This document shows positions 10,782-21,800 of a stretch of DNA of 32,000 nucleotides, piece after piece. Made by a program: the position numbers and the translations under genes. Origin of the DNA: Geobacter sulfurreducens PCA. GTDB taxonomy: Bacteria > Desulfobacterota > Desulfuromonadia > Geobacterales > Geobacteraceae. The notes under the pieces were generated by a model. That model had not been told where the DNA came from, did no database searches, and saw nothing but the letters and a program-made list of their open reading frames with translations. Positions within the stretch are counted from its first letter, which is position 1, and every line of letters begins with the position of its first letter. The stretch covers positions 3,510,001-3,542,000 of the forward strand of contig NC_002939.5 in NCBI RefSeq assembly GCF_000007985.2, read 5' to 3'.

Positions 10782-11269
10782 GGGGGACTCCTCCGTGAAA
10801 TGCCTGCAATGGACCACATTACAAGGGGAGTGCCGATTCTTTAATTACTGCAAATTTTGTTTTAACAATTTGAAATCATTACAATTTAAAACCCTGACCA
10901 CTCCTCCCCTCGACCTCGTCATTTCACATATTACTGTTCAACGATTGAACAGCTGATCCGAGAACAGAAACAACAGCCCCCAGAGCCCCTGTTTTTCAGC
11001 ATCTCGGAATGGCCGGACAAATTGTGCAATTTGTGAACATTTTGTATAAAAAATTCTAATTAATATTTCAAACTATTCGGAATTCCTTATTATTAAGATT
11101 CGTTATGTTCGGATAAATAATTTTATGCTTGCTCTTTACTGCTGTTTTTTGTTGTATGAGGTTAAAGCATCATAACAAAAGACTAACACAGGCTATTTAA
11201 TGGACACATGGCCGGCACCGACCGGCACTGAAACCACCCGCAACAGGACGTTGAGGGAAGGGGGTGGCA

Positions 11270-12466
11270 ATGACAAGGCCGAGCATCATGCGCAGACGAG
11301 CCGCGCGGTACGACCGGAAGGTCCCCCTGTGGATCTGCGGTGACACCATGGAGAGTTTCCGCTCCATGTCACTCAACATTTCTTCTCACGGTGTATTCTG
11401 CCCGGTTCCCCGGGGGGTCGACATCAATGACCGGGTCATGGTGATCGTGGGAGTACCCTTTGCGGAGGGAGATGCGGAGGGGGTCGAATGCGAAGGGGTT
11501 GTGGTCCGCACGGAACCGGCACCAACCACTCTAGGCGCCGCCATCCAGTACGCAGCCATCAATTTCCGCAACGTCCCCCGCGAATCAGCCTACCTGATCC
11601 GCGACTATCTGACCGGCTCCCAGCTGCGGTGCGACGAGCAGCGGAAACCGGAACTCCGCCGGCACCCCGAGATGCCCCCGGTCTGCTGCGACGTGCCCTG
11701 CGTAGATCGTGACACCGTTGTCCAGCAGCACCGCCAGCGCACCGAACGGATGGCATTTCTGCGGGACGTGGCCTCGCGCTTGGCTCCCGCGATCAAGGAC
11801 CGACTCGCCGGTGTGTCCGGCGCGCTTCAGATCCTCTCGGAAGAGACGCTCCCCCCCTCCGTTCCCGACGGCATCTACCGCGACATTTTCGAAGAGATAG
11901 CAGCCCTTGACAAACTGGCCGACACCCTGGCCCGCTACCACCGGCCGAGTCTCCCCCTGTTCAGCTCGACCAAACTTGAGCCGGTTGTGGAACGGGCACT
12001 GGAGACGGTGAAGGAAGTGCTGCAGAGCAAGGACATCGAGATACGGCTGCATCCGGGTGCCGATCTCCCCATTATTCAAGCCGATGAGGTACTGTTGACC
12101 CAGGCATTCGCCGCCCTGTTCGAAAGCGCGGCTGACACCATGAGCCGTGGCATGCTCACGGTGCAGTTCTGCTCGGGAACTCCCCGGTGCGACTGCCCGG
12201 AATGCGCGTGCGAGAAGGGCGCCAACTGCATTAACGAACACGTGAGCGTTCTGATCAGCGATGGGGGGACGGGCACGGCGCCGTTTTCTTTCGATCGGGC
12301 GCTGACCCTGTTTCCTGCCGTGAGCGGAGCCTGTTGCGGCAACGGACTCCCCTTTGCCCACCAGGTTATTGACCAGCACGAGGGATTTCTTTACGTGGCC
12401 AGCAGTCAAGCGAGCGGCTCAATCTTCGTGGTCGAGCTGCCCCGTTATCAGAGCGAGGTATGCTGA
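11270..12466 (+). CDS. Cytoplasmic PilZ-domain protein fused to a degenerate histidine-kinase-like (DHp plus HATPase_c-like) module
   Basis: PilZ c-di-GMP motifs RxxxR (RRAAR) and NxSxxG (NISSHG) lie about 22 aa apart. A DHp-like segment ERMAFLRDVASRLAPAI has Ser where the H-box His is expected. The ATPase-like region has a G1-like DGGTG and a G2-like GNGLPF but no obvious N-box Asn. No transmembrane segment is visible. ATG 11270 is preceded by GAGGGAAGGGGG. Confidence 0.75.
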   Translation: MTRPSIMRRRAARYDRKVPLWICGDTMESFRSMSLNISSHGVFCPVPRGVDINDRVMVIVGVPFAEGDAEGVECEGVVVRTEPAPTTLGAAIQYAAINFRNVPRESAYLIRDYLTGSQLRCDEQRKPELRRHPEMPPVCCDVPCVDRDTVVQQHRQRTERMAFLRDVASRLAPAIKDRLAGVSGALQILSEETLPPSVPDGIYRDIFEEIAALDKLADTLARYHRPSLPLFSSTKLEPVVERALETVKEVLQSKDIEIRLHPGADLPIIQADEVLLTQAFAALFESAADTMSRGMLTVQFCSGTPRCDCPECACEKGANCINEHVSVLISDGGTGTAPFSFDRALTLFPAVSGACCGNGLPFAHQVIDQHEGFLYVASSQASGSIFVVELPRYQSEVC

Positions 12467-12468
12467 CA

Positions 12469-13974
12469 ATGAACAGTCACCGGATTCTGGTAGTCGACGA
12501 TGAAAAGCTCATCTCGTGGTCCATTTCCACCATGCTCGAAAAGGCGGGGCACAGCGTTGCCACGGCCGCATCGGGGACCGAGGCGCTCCAGAAGTTCCAG
12601 AATTTCCGCCCCGAGGTCGTATTGCTCGACATCAGTCTTCCCGACATGAGCGGACTTGAGATCCTCGCCCGGGTCAAGGAAGAGAACGAGGACGTTACGG
12701 TCATCATGATTACCGCCAACTCCAACGCGGACGAGGCGGTGACAGCCTTCCAGCGCGGCGCCGACGACTTTTTCGGCAAGCCGTTCTGCCTGGAAACCCT
12801 GCGTCACGTGGTTGACAAGGCCCTGGAGCGGATGAAGCTCAAAAAAGAGGTGGATATCTTCAGGCGCGAACGACGCAAGAAGGGAGATTTCGACCAGCTG
12901 GTGGGGCGTTCCTCCAAAATGGTGGAGGTATTCAAGCTGATCAACGTTTGTTCCCGCACCGATGCAAAGACAGTCCTGATAACCGGTGAGAGCGGTACCG
13001 GCAAAGAGCTGGTGGCCCGCGCCGTCCATCTGCACAGTGCCCGCTCGGACCGGCCCTTCATCGAAGTCAACTGTGCCGCAATCCCGGAAAACCTTCTGGA
13101 AAACGAGCTGTTCGGTCATGAAAAGGGCGCCTTCACCGATGCGTCCCGCAAGCAGAAGGGTATTTTCGAGCTGGCCGAGGGGGGAACGGTCTTCCTGGAT
13201 GAAATCGGCGACATGCCGCTGCAGATGCAGGCCAAGCTTTTGAAAGTAATGGAGACCAAGCGGTTCCGGCGCCTGGGGGGGGAAGACGACGTGGAGGCCG
13301 ACGTACGGATCATCGCCGCCACCAACCAGAACCTGCCCAAGATGGTGGCAGACGGCGGGTTCAGGGGCGACCTCTTCTTCCGCCTGAACGTCATGAACAT
13401 CCGCCTGCCTCCGCTCAGAGAGCGGAGCGAGGATATCCCGACCCTGGTAAGCTATTTCATCCGGCGGCTCAACGACGAGTACGGCCGCTCGGTGGAGGGG
13501 ATCAGCGATGACGCGCTGGCCACGCTGACCGGGCACAACTGGCCGGGCAACGTGCGCGAATTGCGCAACTCCGTTGAACGGGCAATGATGCTGGAGCCGT
13601 CCAGAACCCTCAGCCTTGGCTGTTTTACCGACGATTTCCAGTACGGTGGAGGGGCCGCCGAATCTTCACCGGTCCCGGCTGGCTCGATCGCCAGCGATGC
13701 GCCGGGGACCCTTTCCATCCGGCTCCCCTCCGACGGGCTCTCCATCGAAGAGGTAGAAAAACAGCTCATCATCCTGGCCCTGGAGCGGACCGGCGGCAAC
13801 CAGACCAAGGCCGCCCAGTACCTCAAAATGACCCGCGACACGCTGCGTTACCGGATGAAAAAGTTCGGCCTCTCGGAAAGCGGCTGGCAAGACGACGCCG
13901 GTGACGACAAGGAGGGGGAACTGGGCGTGCCCAGACGGACTGAACGGCCGACCACCACGTGGCGCACGCTCTGA
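12469..13974 (+). CDS. Sigma54-dependent response regulator (NtrC family: receiver, AAA+ and Fis-type HTH domains)
   Basis: Receiver residues are intact (VVDDE, LLDISLPD, MITAN, GKPF). Walker A GESGTGKE and Walker B FLDEIGDM are present. The sigma54-contact loop is a GAFTDA variant of GAFTGA. C-terminal HTH QTKAAQYLKMTRDTLRYRMKKFGL. Start at ATG 12469 (GAGG 10 nt upstream); ATG 12460, which overlaps the upstream stop, is an alternative. Confidence 0.9.
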   Translation: MNSHRILVVDDEKLISWSISTMLEKAGHSVATAASGTEALQKFQNFRPEVVLLDISLPDMSGLEILARVKEENEDVTVIMITANSNADEAVTAFQRGADDFFGKPFCLETLRHVVDKALERMKLKKEVDIFRRERRKKGDFDQLVGRSSKMVEVFKLINVCSRTDAKTVLITGESGTGKELVARAVHLHSARSDRPFIEVNCAAIPENLLENELFGHEKGAFTDASRKQKGIFELAEGGTVFLDEIGDMPLQMQAKLLKVMETKRFRRLGGEDDVEADVRIIAATNQNLPKMVADGGFRGDLFFRLNVMNIRLPPLRERSEDIPTLVSYFIRRLNDEYGRSVEGISDDALATLTGHNWPGNVRELRNSVERAMMLEPSRTLSLGCFTDDFQYGGGAAESSPVPAGSIASDAPGTLSIRLPSDGLSIEEVEKQLIILALERTGGNQTKAAQYLKMTRDTLRYRMKKFGLSESGWQDDAGDDKEGELGVPRRTERPTTTWRTL

Positions 13975-13983
13975 GAGGGGACC

Positions 13984-15426
13984 ATGTTCCGCCTGCTTTT
14001 TGCCATAACCATCCTGCTGGCCCTGTCTCTGCCAGGAACAGCCCTGGCGCTCACCTGCACCATCAAGGGGTGCCACCCGTTCCTGCAGGACCTGAAGAAC
14101 CTCCACGCGCCGGTCAAGGAGGGGAAATGTCTTTCCTGCCACGTTCAGAAGGAAGAGATGCATCCCTATCCGGGACTGAAGGCGTTCGAGCTGAAGGCGA
14201 AAGGAGTCGACCTCTGCTACCTCTGCCATGACAAGCTGGCCATGGGCCCCGTGGTCCACGGGCCGGTCAGGGACGGCGACTGCACCGCCTGTCACCGCTA
14301 TCACGGGGCTTCCGGCCCCAAGCTCCTTGACATGGGCGAGGACCAGACGGCGTTCTGCACCGGCTGTCACGACGAGGGCGAGTTCCGGCGCCACTATCAG
14401 CACGGGCCGGCAGCGGTCGGCGACTGTACGAGCTGTCACACCCACCACAGCTCCACGGAGAAAAAGCTCCTCAAGGAGCAATCCCGACAACTCTGCCTCT
14501 CCTGCCATAATGACTTCGCCCAGACCATGGCTAAGGCACCCCGGGTCCACCCGCCGGTGAGCAACGATGCCTGCACCTCGTGCCATAACCCGCACAGCTC
14601 GGCAAGCCAGTTCGTACTTAAGGAAAAGATGCCCGACCTCTGCTATGGCTGCCATTCGGCCATGGCCACCAAGGTCCCGAACGTCAAGGTGCCCCACAAG
14701 CCCATCAGCCAGGCCAAGAGCTGCGGCAGCTGCCACTCGGCCCACTTCTCCCCGGCCAAGGGGCTGCTCGCCGTGGACCAGAAGAATCTCTGCCTCGGAT
14801 GCCACGGTCAGGACGGCCTCCACTCAAGCAAAGTATTCCGGGAGTATTCGGGACTGCCGCTGGTAAACATGAAAAAAGCCCTGGACAAAAAATCCCAGCT
14901 ACACGGCCCTATCAACGATGGTGCCTGCGCCGCCTGCCACTCGCCCCACGGCAGCGACAATTTCCGCATGCTGGTCAAGAGCTACCCGGCTCCCTTCTAC
15001 GTGCCGTACAAGGAAGGGCTCTACGACCTCTGCTTTTCGTGTCACGACAAGAGCATGCTCAAGTATCCCGACACCACGCTCTATACCAACTTCCGCAACG
15101 GCAAGCAGAACCTCCATTACCTCCACGTGAGCGACAAGCGCAAGGGAAGGACCTGCCGGGCCTGCCACGACGCCCACGCCGTCAACGGCCGGAAGCTGAT
15201 CGGCGCCGATGGGGCCGTGTTCGGCAAATGGAAGATCCCGACCCGATTCAAGACCACGGCCACGGGCGGGAGCTGCGCCCCCGGCTGTCACCGGCAGTTG
15301 TCCTACGACCGTGAAAAGCCGGTTTCCTACACGCCCCAGAAAGAAGCCCCTAAAGACGCGACGAAAGAGGTCCCCCAGACACCACCCCCGACCAGCGACG
15401 CCGCTCCTTCCGGCCAAACGAAATAG
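13984..15426 (+). CDS. Periplasmic/secreted multiheme c-type cytochrome (13 CXXCH)
   Basis: Signal peptide MFRLLFAITILLALSLPGTALA. 13 CXXCH motifs in repeated H.P(V/I)..G.C..CH..H units, plus CTIKGCH and CAPGCH variants. Pro/Thr-rich C-terminal tail. It starts 9 nt after the regulator's stop. Confidence 0.9.
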   Translation: MFRLLFAITILLALSLPGTALALTCTIKGCHPFLQDLKNLHAPVKEGKCLSCHVQKEEMHPYPGLKAFELKAKGVDLCYLCHDKLAMGPVVHGPVRDGDCTACHRYHGASGPKLLDMGEDQTAFCTGCHDEGEFRRHYQHGPAAVGDCTSCHTHHSSTEKKLLKEQSRQLCLSCHNDFAQTMAKAPRVHPPVSNDACTSCHNPHSSASQFVLKEKMPDLCYGCHSAMATKVPNVKVPHKPISQAKSCGSCHSAHFSPAKGLLAVDQKNLCLGCHGQDGLHSSKVFREYSGLPLVNMKKALDKKSQLHGPINDGACAACHSPHGSDNFRMLVKSYPAPFYVPYKEGLYDLCFSCHDKSMLKYPDTTLYTNFRNGKQNLHYLHVSDKRKGRTCRACHDAHAVNGRKLIGADGAVFGKWKIPTRFKTTATGGSCAPGCHRQLSYDREKPVSYTPQKEAPKDATKEVPQTPPPTSDAAPSGQTK

Positions 15427-15657
15427 GTTTCTCTCCCGCCGTCGGACTGACTCCGCGCCAGCCCGGCCCCCCAGACAAGGGGCTGGGCTGGGCGATTTGC
15501 CTCAGCCTCCCCGCACCGCTCTGCGTGAATTGCCCCGTATTGCCCTGTCGCATGCCACCGCGAGATCCGTTTACACTTTTTCCGCCCTCGGCTTAAGCCA
15601 GATAACACGGGCACTTGAAAGCCGCCACCTGCCGTAACCCTGCCGCCCGCCGCAACT

Positions 15658-15674
15658 GGGGCATATTTACTGCA
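15658..15674 (+). promoter_or_regulatory. Candidate sigma54 promoter (GGGCAT-ATTTA-CTGCA) upstream of the protease gene
   Basis: GG at 15660-15661 and GC at 15672-15673 are separated by exactly 10 nt, matching GGCA..N..TGCA of TGGCAC-N5-TTGCA. An AT-rich tract follows. The element lies about 135 nt upstream of ATG 15810. Confidence 0.5.
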
Positions 15675-15809
15675 TATTCGAATATCTAATTTAATTAAAA
15701 CTTTCACGCAATGACGCATGCAGTGCTGTACGCTACTCCGGTCGGGAACAGGCACCTGCTGCATGCGGCACCCAGTGAAGGCCACTGTGATGGACGAAGG
15801 GGGCAGGTG

Positions 15810-18800
15810 ATGAAACTGAGGCGATGTATCGCGTCGCTGGCGACCGTGGGGATGCTCGCCATGCTGTTGGTCCAGGCGGAGCCCCGACAGGTCACGGGCA
15901 GCGGCTATAGCGCGGAGACCGGCAAGAGACAGCGGCCGGCCCCCAAAGAATCCGGGTCGGCAGACAAGGCAATACGAAAGCGATGGCTCGTCCAGTTCAA
16001 CGGTCCGGTCCGGCCTGAGCAGCGACGGCAGTTGGAGGCGCTCGGCTGCCGTATCGGCGATTACATGCCCACGAATGCGTTTGTTGCGCTCATGGACGAC
16101 AAGGCGGCCAAAAGAGTTGCCCTTCTCTCATTCGTCGAGGACATCACCCGATTTGCACCGGCCGACAAACTGGTGGGCACGGCGCGGAAGGACCTGACGG
16201 CGGCACCGACGTCCGAGATCCGGATCCGGAAGGTGCTCCGGGTGGACGACCCCGCCGACCGGGCAGCGGTCATTGCCGCCACCCTGCGGGGAAATGGCCG
16301 GATACTGAACGTGGGTGCACGCACCATTACCGTGGAGGTACCGGAGGAGCTGCTCGCCCCCCTTGCCCAGCAGGAGGAGACAGCCTGGATCGGCGAGGTC
16401 GGGGAGTTGCGGCTGCACAACAGCGATGCTGCCTGGGTGGTACAGACCAATGAGGTCGATAATCGTACGATCTGGGAGAAGGGAATTACCGGCGCGGGGC
16501 AGATCGTCGGTATCGCCGACTCGGGGGTCGACTACGACATGCCCTGGTTCGCCGATCCGAACGGCGCTCTTCCCGGGCCGGGACACCGCAAGATCGTGGG
16601 GTACGACGCCACTCTGGGAGACAACCACGATGTGGCCGACGGCCACGGCACCCACATCGCCGGGACCATCTGCGGCGACCGGGGGCCCGGCATGCCCGGC
16701 AACGGCATTGCACCCGGCGCGCGCATCCACGTCCAGGACCTGGTCGGCACCGACGGCACGCTGACCGGCAGCCTGGAACTGGAAACCGTGCTGAAAAAAG
16801 CCTATGACAGCGGAGCCCGGATTTTCAACGGTAGTTGGGGGGTCGATAGCGGGAACTACGACGCCCTCGCCGCGGCCCTTGACGACTTTTCCTGGCGGCA
16901 CAAAGATTTCCTGGCCGTGTTCGCCAACGGCAACGGCGGCCCGGCGGAGCAGACGGCAACCAGTCCGGCCATAGCCAAGAACGCCACCAGCGTAGTGGCA
17001 ACCGGCAACGGAACCGATGCCGCCACGGTCAGCGCCGAAAGCAGTGTCGGCCAGGCTCCGGATGGCCGTGCCAATCCGTCGGTGGGCGCTCCGGGCCAGG
17101 GTGTGGTCTCGGCTCGCTCCGACGGCCTTCTCGGCAGCGGCAACAGCGGCACCATGGCCATGTCGGGCACCTCGGTGGCAGCGGCGGTCACCTCGGGAGC
17201 AGCCGCGCTCATCCGCCAGTACTTTACCGACGGCTTCTTCCCCACCGGCAGCCCTGTCGCCACCAACAAGCTGCAGCCCTCGGCAGCACTGCTGAAGGCA
17301 GTCCTCGTGAACAGCGCCGAAGCGCTCCTCTCGGACGACCCCGGCGACTCGTGCCCCTCGAAGAGGGGCGGCTGGGGGCGCCCCAAACTGATCAACACCC
17401 TCTTTTTCAACGGTGACAGCCACTCCCTGGAAGTAGTCGACGGGGGTACAGGGCTGGAAACCGACGGCGTCTGGCAGCGGCTCTACTTCTCCCCCGGCGG
17501 CAGAAGGCTCAAGATCACACTGGCCTGGACCGACGCCCCGGCGGCACCCGGTGCCACGTCCCCTCTCACCAATGACCTGAATCTGGTGGTTGTCGCACCG
17601 GACGGAACGACCTACCTGGGCAATGATCTGAACTGTTCCCACGGCGACTATGAATCACGGACCGGCGGTTTCTCCGACAGGGTCAACGTTGAAGAGCAGG
17701 TGGTCATCAAGCGGCCCGTGGCCGGCACCTACCTGGTCAAGGTGATCGGCGCCAGCATTCCGGTGGGTCCCCAGCCCTTCGCTCTGGTAATGACCGGGGT
17801 CACCGGGGTCACCTCGGACGGCCGGATCGCCCTGACCAACAGCACTAACGGCACCCTGGAGGCGCCGGGACAGGTGTCGGTCATGGTGACCGACCGGGAT
17901 ATCAACCGCGATGCCTCAGCGATCGAGACCATGACGGTGGACCTGCTCGGCGAGACCGAGAGCAACCCGGAGCAGGTGGTCCTCACCGAAACCGGCCCCA
18001 ATACCGGGACCTTCACCGGCACCTGCCGGATCGCACTCGGCGGCACCGCCATCCATGACAACGGTGCGCTGGAAGCGCGCCATGGCGAGACGATCAGCGC
18101 CCGCTATACCGATGAAATCAACCTGAGCGGCTATCCCCGCCTCGTGAGCGTGTCGGCCCGGATTGTCGACAGCGTGCCGCCGACGATCTCGGCGGTTGGC
18201 GTCGGAGCCCAGCTCTCCGAAACCTCGGCGACCGTAGCCTGGACCACCGACGAACCCGCAGACTCGAAGGTCAGCTACGGCTCTGACGGCTCCCTGGGTC
18301 TCAGTGTCATCGACGGAGCCTTTGTCTCGAACCATCTCCTGGCACTCTCAGGTCTGTCGGAAGGACAGGACTATTTCTTTTCCGTCACCTCATCCGACGC
18401 CGCCGGCAACGTCTCCACGGATACCAATGGCGGCAACAACTATACCTTCCGCACCGCCAGCCTCCCGCCGTCCCTGGAGGTCTTTTGCTCGGCGGAAAAC
18501 AACGAGACCTATCTCCCGACGGTCAGGGTCTTCGGCACCGCCACCGATCCGGCCGGAATCGACCGGGTGACGGTCAACGGCCAACCAGCCGTCTGGCGCG
18601 CCACCGATGGCTACTACGAGGCCACCGCCTCCCTGGTGCCCGGCAGCAACACCATTACCGTAATCGCGACGGATACGCTCAACAACCCGGCCGGGCAAAC
18701 CCTGACGGTCAACAGGACCCTGCCCCCCTTTGATCTGCTCGTGACGTCGGTCGTCTCTACCACGAACCTCCTGCCAAGCTCGGCCATCAGGGTGGACGGG

Positions 18801-21800
18801 ACGGTGCGGAACGAAGGCACCGCGGATGCCCCGTCGGCGGAGGTTGCCTTTTACCTCTCCCGCGGCGGGGCTGCCGCCGGCATCCCCCTCGGCAGTATCC
18901 CGATCTCACCCATCCCGGCGGGCCAAAGCGGCGCAGTTTCCTTCACCGCCAGCTTGCCTCCGGAAGTCGTACCAGGAGTTTACTTCATCGTCGCAACCGT
19001 CGACCCCGCCGACCAGGTGGCCGAAGCCCGGGAGGACAACAACTCCCTGACCGGCAATCCGGTTACGGTGGGCCGCCCCGATCTGGTACCGCTGACGGTG
19101 AGCAACACAACCCTCATGTCGCCGGGAGGCACCATTTCGACGAGCCTGTCGGTGCGCAACGACGGAGCCGCCAGCGCACCCGTTTCAACAGTCGCTGCCT
19201 GGCTTTCGGTCGACACGAACCTCTCCGGCGACGATATCCTGATCGGTACCGCCCCCGCCGCCGCTCTGTCTCCCGGCGCGTCAACCACGGTCGGCATCAG
19301 CGGCGTCCTCCCGCCAGGCATCCAGTCGGGCACCCTGAACATTATCGCGGTCGTCGACGCCTTGGGTGAGGTGGCAGAGGCGGACGAAAACAATAATCGG
19401 GCAACCGGGCAGCCTCTTACCATCGGCACGGCAGAACTATCCGTGACTACGGTAACGATGCCGGCCAGCATTGTCCGGGGCTCGACCGCCTCCGCCACCG
19501 CAACCGTCGCCAATACGGGTCACTATGCAGCAACCGGCGTGCGCGTCGGCGTCTATCTCTCGTCCGACACCGCCATCACCACCTCCGACATGTTTTTGGG
19601 GAGCGGCGTCATTGCATCCCTGGAACCCGGGGCATCGGCGCCGGTGAGCATACCAGTTCCCATAACGGACATCGTTGCCGCGGGGACATGGTATGTGGGC
19701 GCCGTGGTCGACGATCTCGGGATGATCGCAGAATCCGACGAGGGCAATAACGCCCTGGCCGGCAATCAGGTCGAGATCCTGGCGGACGGCCTTGACCTGA
19801 CCGTTCAGGGTGTGACCGCGCCAGCCTCCGGCACCACCGGTCAACCGGTCACCATTACGGCAACGGTTGCCGCCACCATGCCGGCGGCGGCATCCGCGGT
19901 CCAATTCTTCGTCTCGCGTGATCCGGTCATAACCAGCGCCGATACGTATCTGGCCACCAAGGCGGTCGGCTCCTTCGGCGCCGCAGGCGCACAGACCGTC
20001 ACTGCCACCGTGACGCTTCCCACGACGCTGACCAGCGACACCTGGTATCTCGGTGCCATTGCCGACGCCTATGGAGTGATTACCGAAATCAATGAAACCA
20101 ACAACGCCTCTGCCGGCCGTGCCATTACGGTTAACGGTCCCGAGCTTGTCGTGGAATCCCTTACTTCCGCCTCCGACACGGCTTACACGGCGGGCACCGT
20201 CAGCCTGGCCAGCACCATCAGGAGCATGGCCGGCGCCGCACCCACCCACCGGGTAGAGTTCTATCTCTCCACCGACCCGGCAATCACCACCTCCGACATT
20301 TACCTCGGCTACCGCACCGCGTCCCTCCCCGCGGGGGGAAGCAGCACGGCGACCACAATCCTGACGATCCCCCGCTACCTGACCGGGGGAGACTATTACA
20401 TCGGTGCCATCGCAGACCCCGGCAACGTCATTGCAGAGGCGAACGAGAACGACAACTCCCTGGGCATCCCCCTGCACATCATCGGCCCCGATCTCCAGGT
20501 AGACGGCCTGAGCCTCCCCGGCAGCGCCCTGTCAGGGGTCCCCCTCACCATTTCCAGCCGGGCATTTTCGACCCAGGGCGGATCCGGAAGTTTTACGGTC
20601 GACTTCTACCTTTCCTCAGACCAGACCATTACTACCGGCGACGTGTACCTTGGCCGCCGCACGGTGAGCAGCCTGGCTGTGGCCGGAGCGAGCACCGCAA
20701 CGGCCACGGTGACGATTCCGAATTACGTCTTCACGGGCCGCTATTACGTGGGCGCCATCGTGGACCCCTACAATTACGTGAAAGAGGAAACGGAGACCAA
20801 CAACTCGACCGGGACAGACCAGGCAGTCGCCGTGGAGGTAACGGGTGCCGAACTGGCACTAGCGTCTCTCTCGGCACCGGCCTCGGCCAAGCCCGGCGAA
20901 ACCATCGCCGTGGTCAACGCCCTTGCCACTACGGCAGGCTCGGCGCCCTCATCGTACATGGAGTTCTACCTGTCGACCGACAGCATCATCACCGCGGCCG
21001 ACCGCTATCTCGGAGGCCGCACCGTCTCAGCCCTGCCCGCGGGGGGGGCCAACAACGCCGCAACCGGCCTGAAGGTTCCAGCGGACATCCTGCCCGGGAC
21101 CTACTACCTCGGCGCCGTGAGCGACCCCTACAACACGGTCAGGGAGGCCAACGAGGCTGACAACACCCGAACCGTGCAGCTCACCGTCACCGGAAGGGAT
21201 CTGACGGTCGAGGCACTGAGCGGGCCGGCCGCCGCCCTCGCGGGGGCGACCATCGGAGTCGCCAATGCCGTGAAGAGCGCCGGCGGCGCAGTGCCGGGCT
21301 TCGATGTCACCTTCTACCTGTCGCGCGATGCCGTCATAACCCGCTCAGATGCCTACCTGGGGACCCGCTTCGTATCCGGCCTGGACATCGATGGCGCGAA
21401 CACGGTGACTACCACCCTCAAGCTCCCCAATGATCTGGAGGGCGGACGCTACTACCTGGGTGCCATCGTCGACGGTGGCAACCTGATCCCCGAGACCGAC
21501 GAGAGCAACAACGCATCGGCTGCGGCCCCCATCGACCTGGTTGGCGCCGACCTCGCGGTCTCGGCGCTGACCGCGCCGGCTACGGCCAGTGCCGGCGAAA
21601 CGATCTCCGCCCAGGTGATCGTCACAACCCGTGCCGGCGGCTCTCCTTACTCGCTCGTTAACTATTACCTGTCAACCGACGAGACTGTCTCGCCAGACGA
21701 CATCTATCTGGGAGTATCCACCATACCTTCACTGGGCCCGGGCGGCGGCGCCACTGTCGGCAAGTCGGTGAAACTGCCCGCGGACATGGAGCCGGCAACC

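Noticed and set aside
10818-10833. Sigma54-like element CGGCAC-TCCCC-TTGT on the minus strand, upstream of the triheme cytochrome gene
   Set aside because: The -12 GC dinucleotide is GT and the first T is missing. That is too weak to call without transcription-start data.
15711-15809. 33-codon upstream extension of the protease ORF (MTHAVLYATPVGN...)
   Set aside because: It has no Shine-Dalgarno and no signal-peptide character. A typical signal peptide with an AAGGGGG Shine-Dalgarno begins at ATG 15810. The extension overlaps the predicted 5' leader, which contains a 9-bp hairpin CGCATGCAG (15715-15723) / CTGCATGCG (15759-15767).
16128-17642. 504-aa minus-strand ORF inside the protease gene. 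Similar long antisense ORFs occur at 1156-2130, 4116-5036, 6270-7337, 8155-9393, 12448-13536, 13666-14823, 19437-20477, 22045-23082, 24179-25057, 27575-28291, 28249-29172 and 30826-31779.
   Set aside because: Each lies opposite a gene with clear family motifs (S8 triad, RimO, GpmI, ProA, ProB/Obg, the AAA+ activator, cytochromes, NHL). Their translations are low-complexity Arg/Gly/Ala/Pro sequences, as expected for antisense frames of GC-rich coding DNA.
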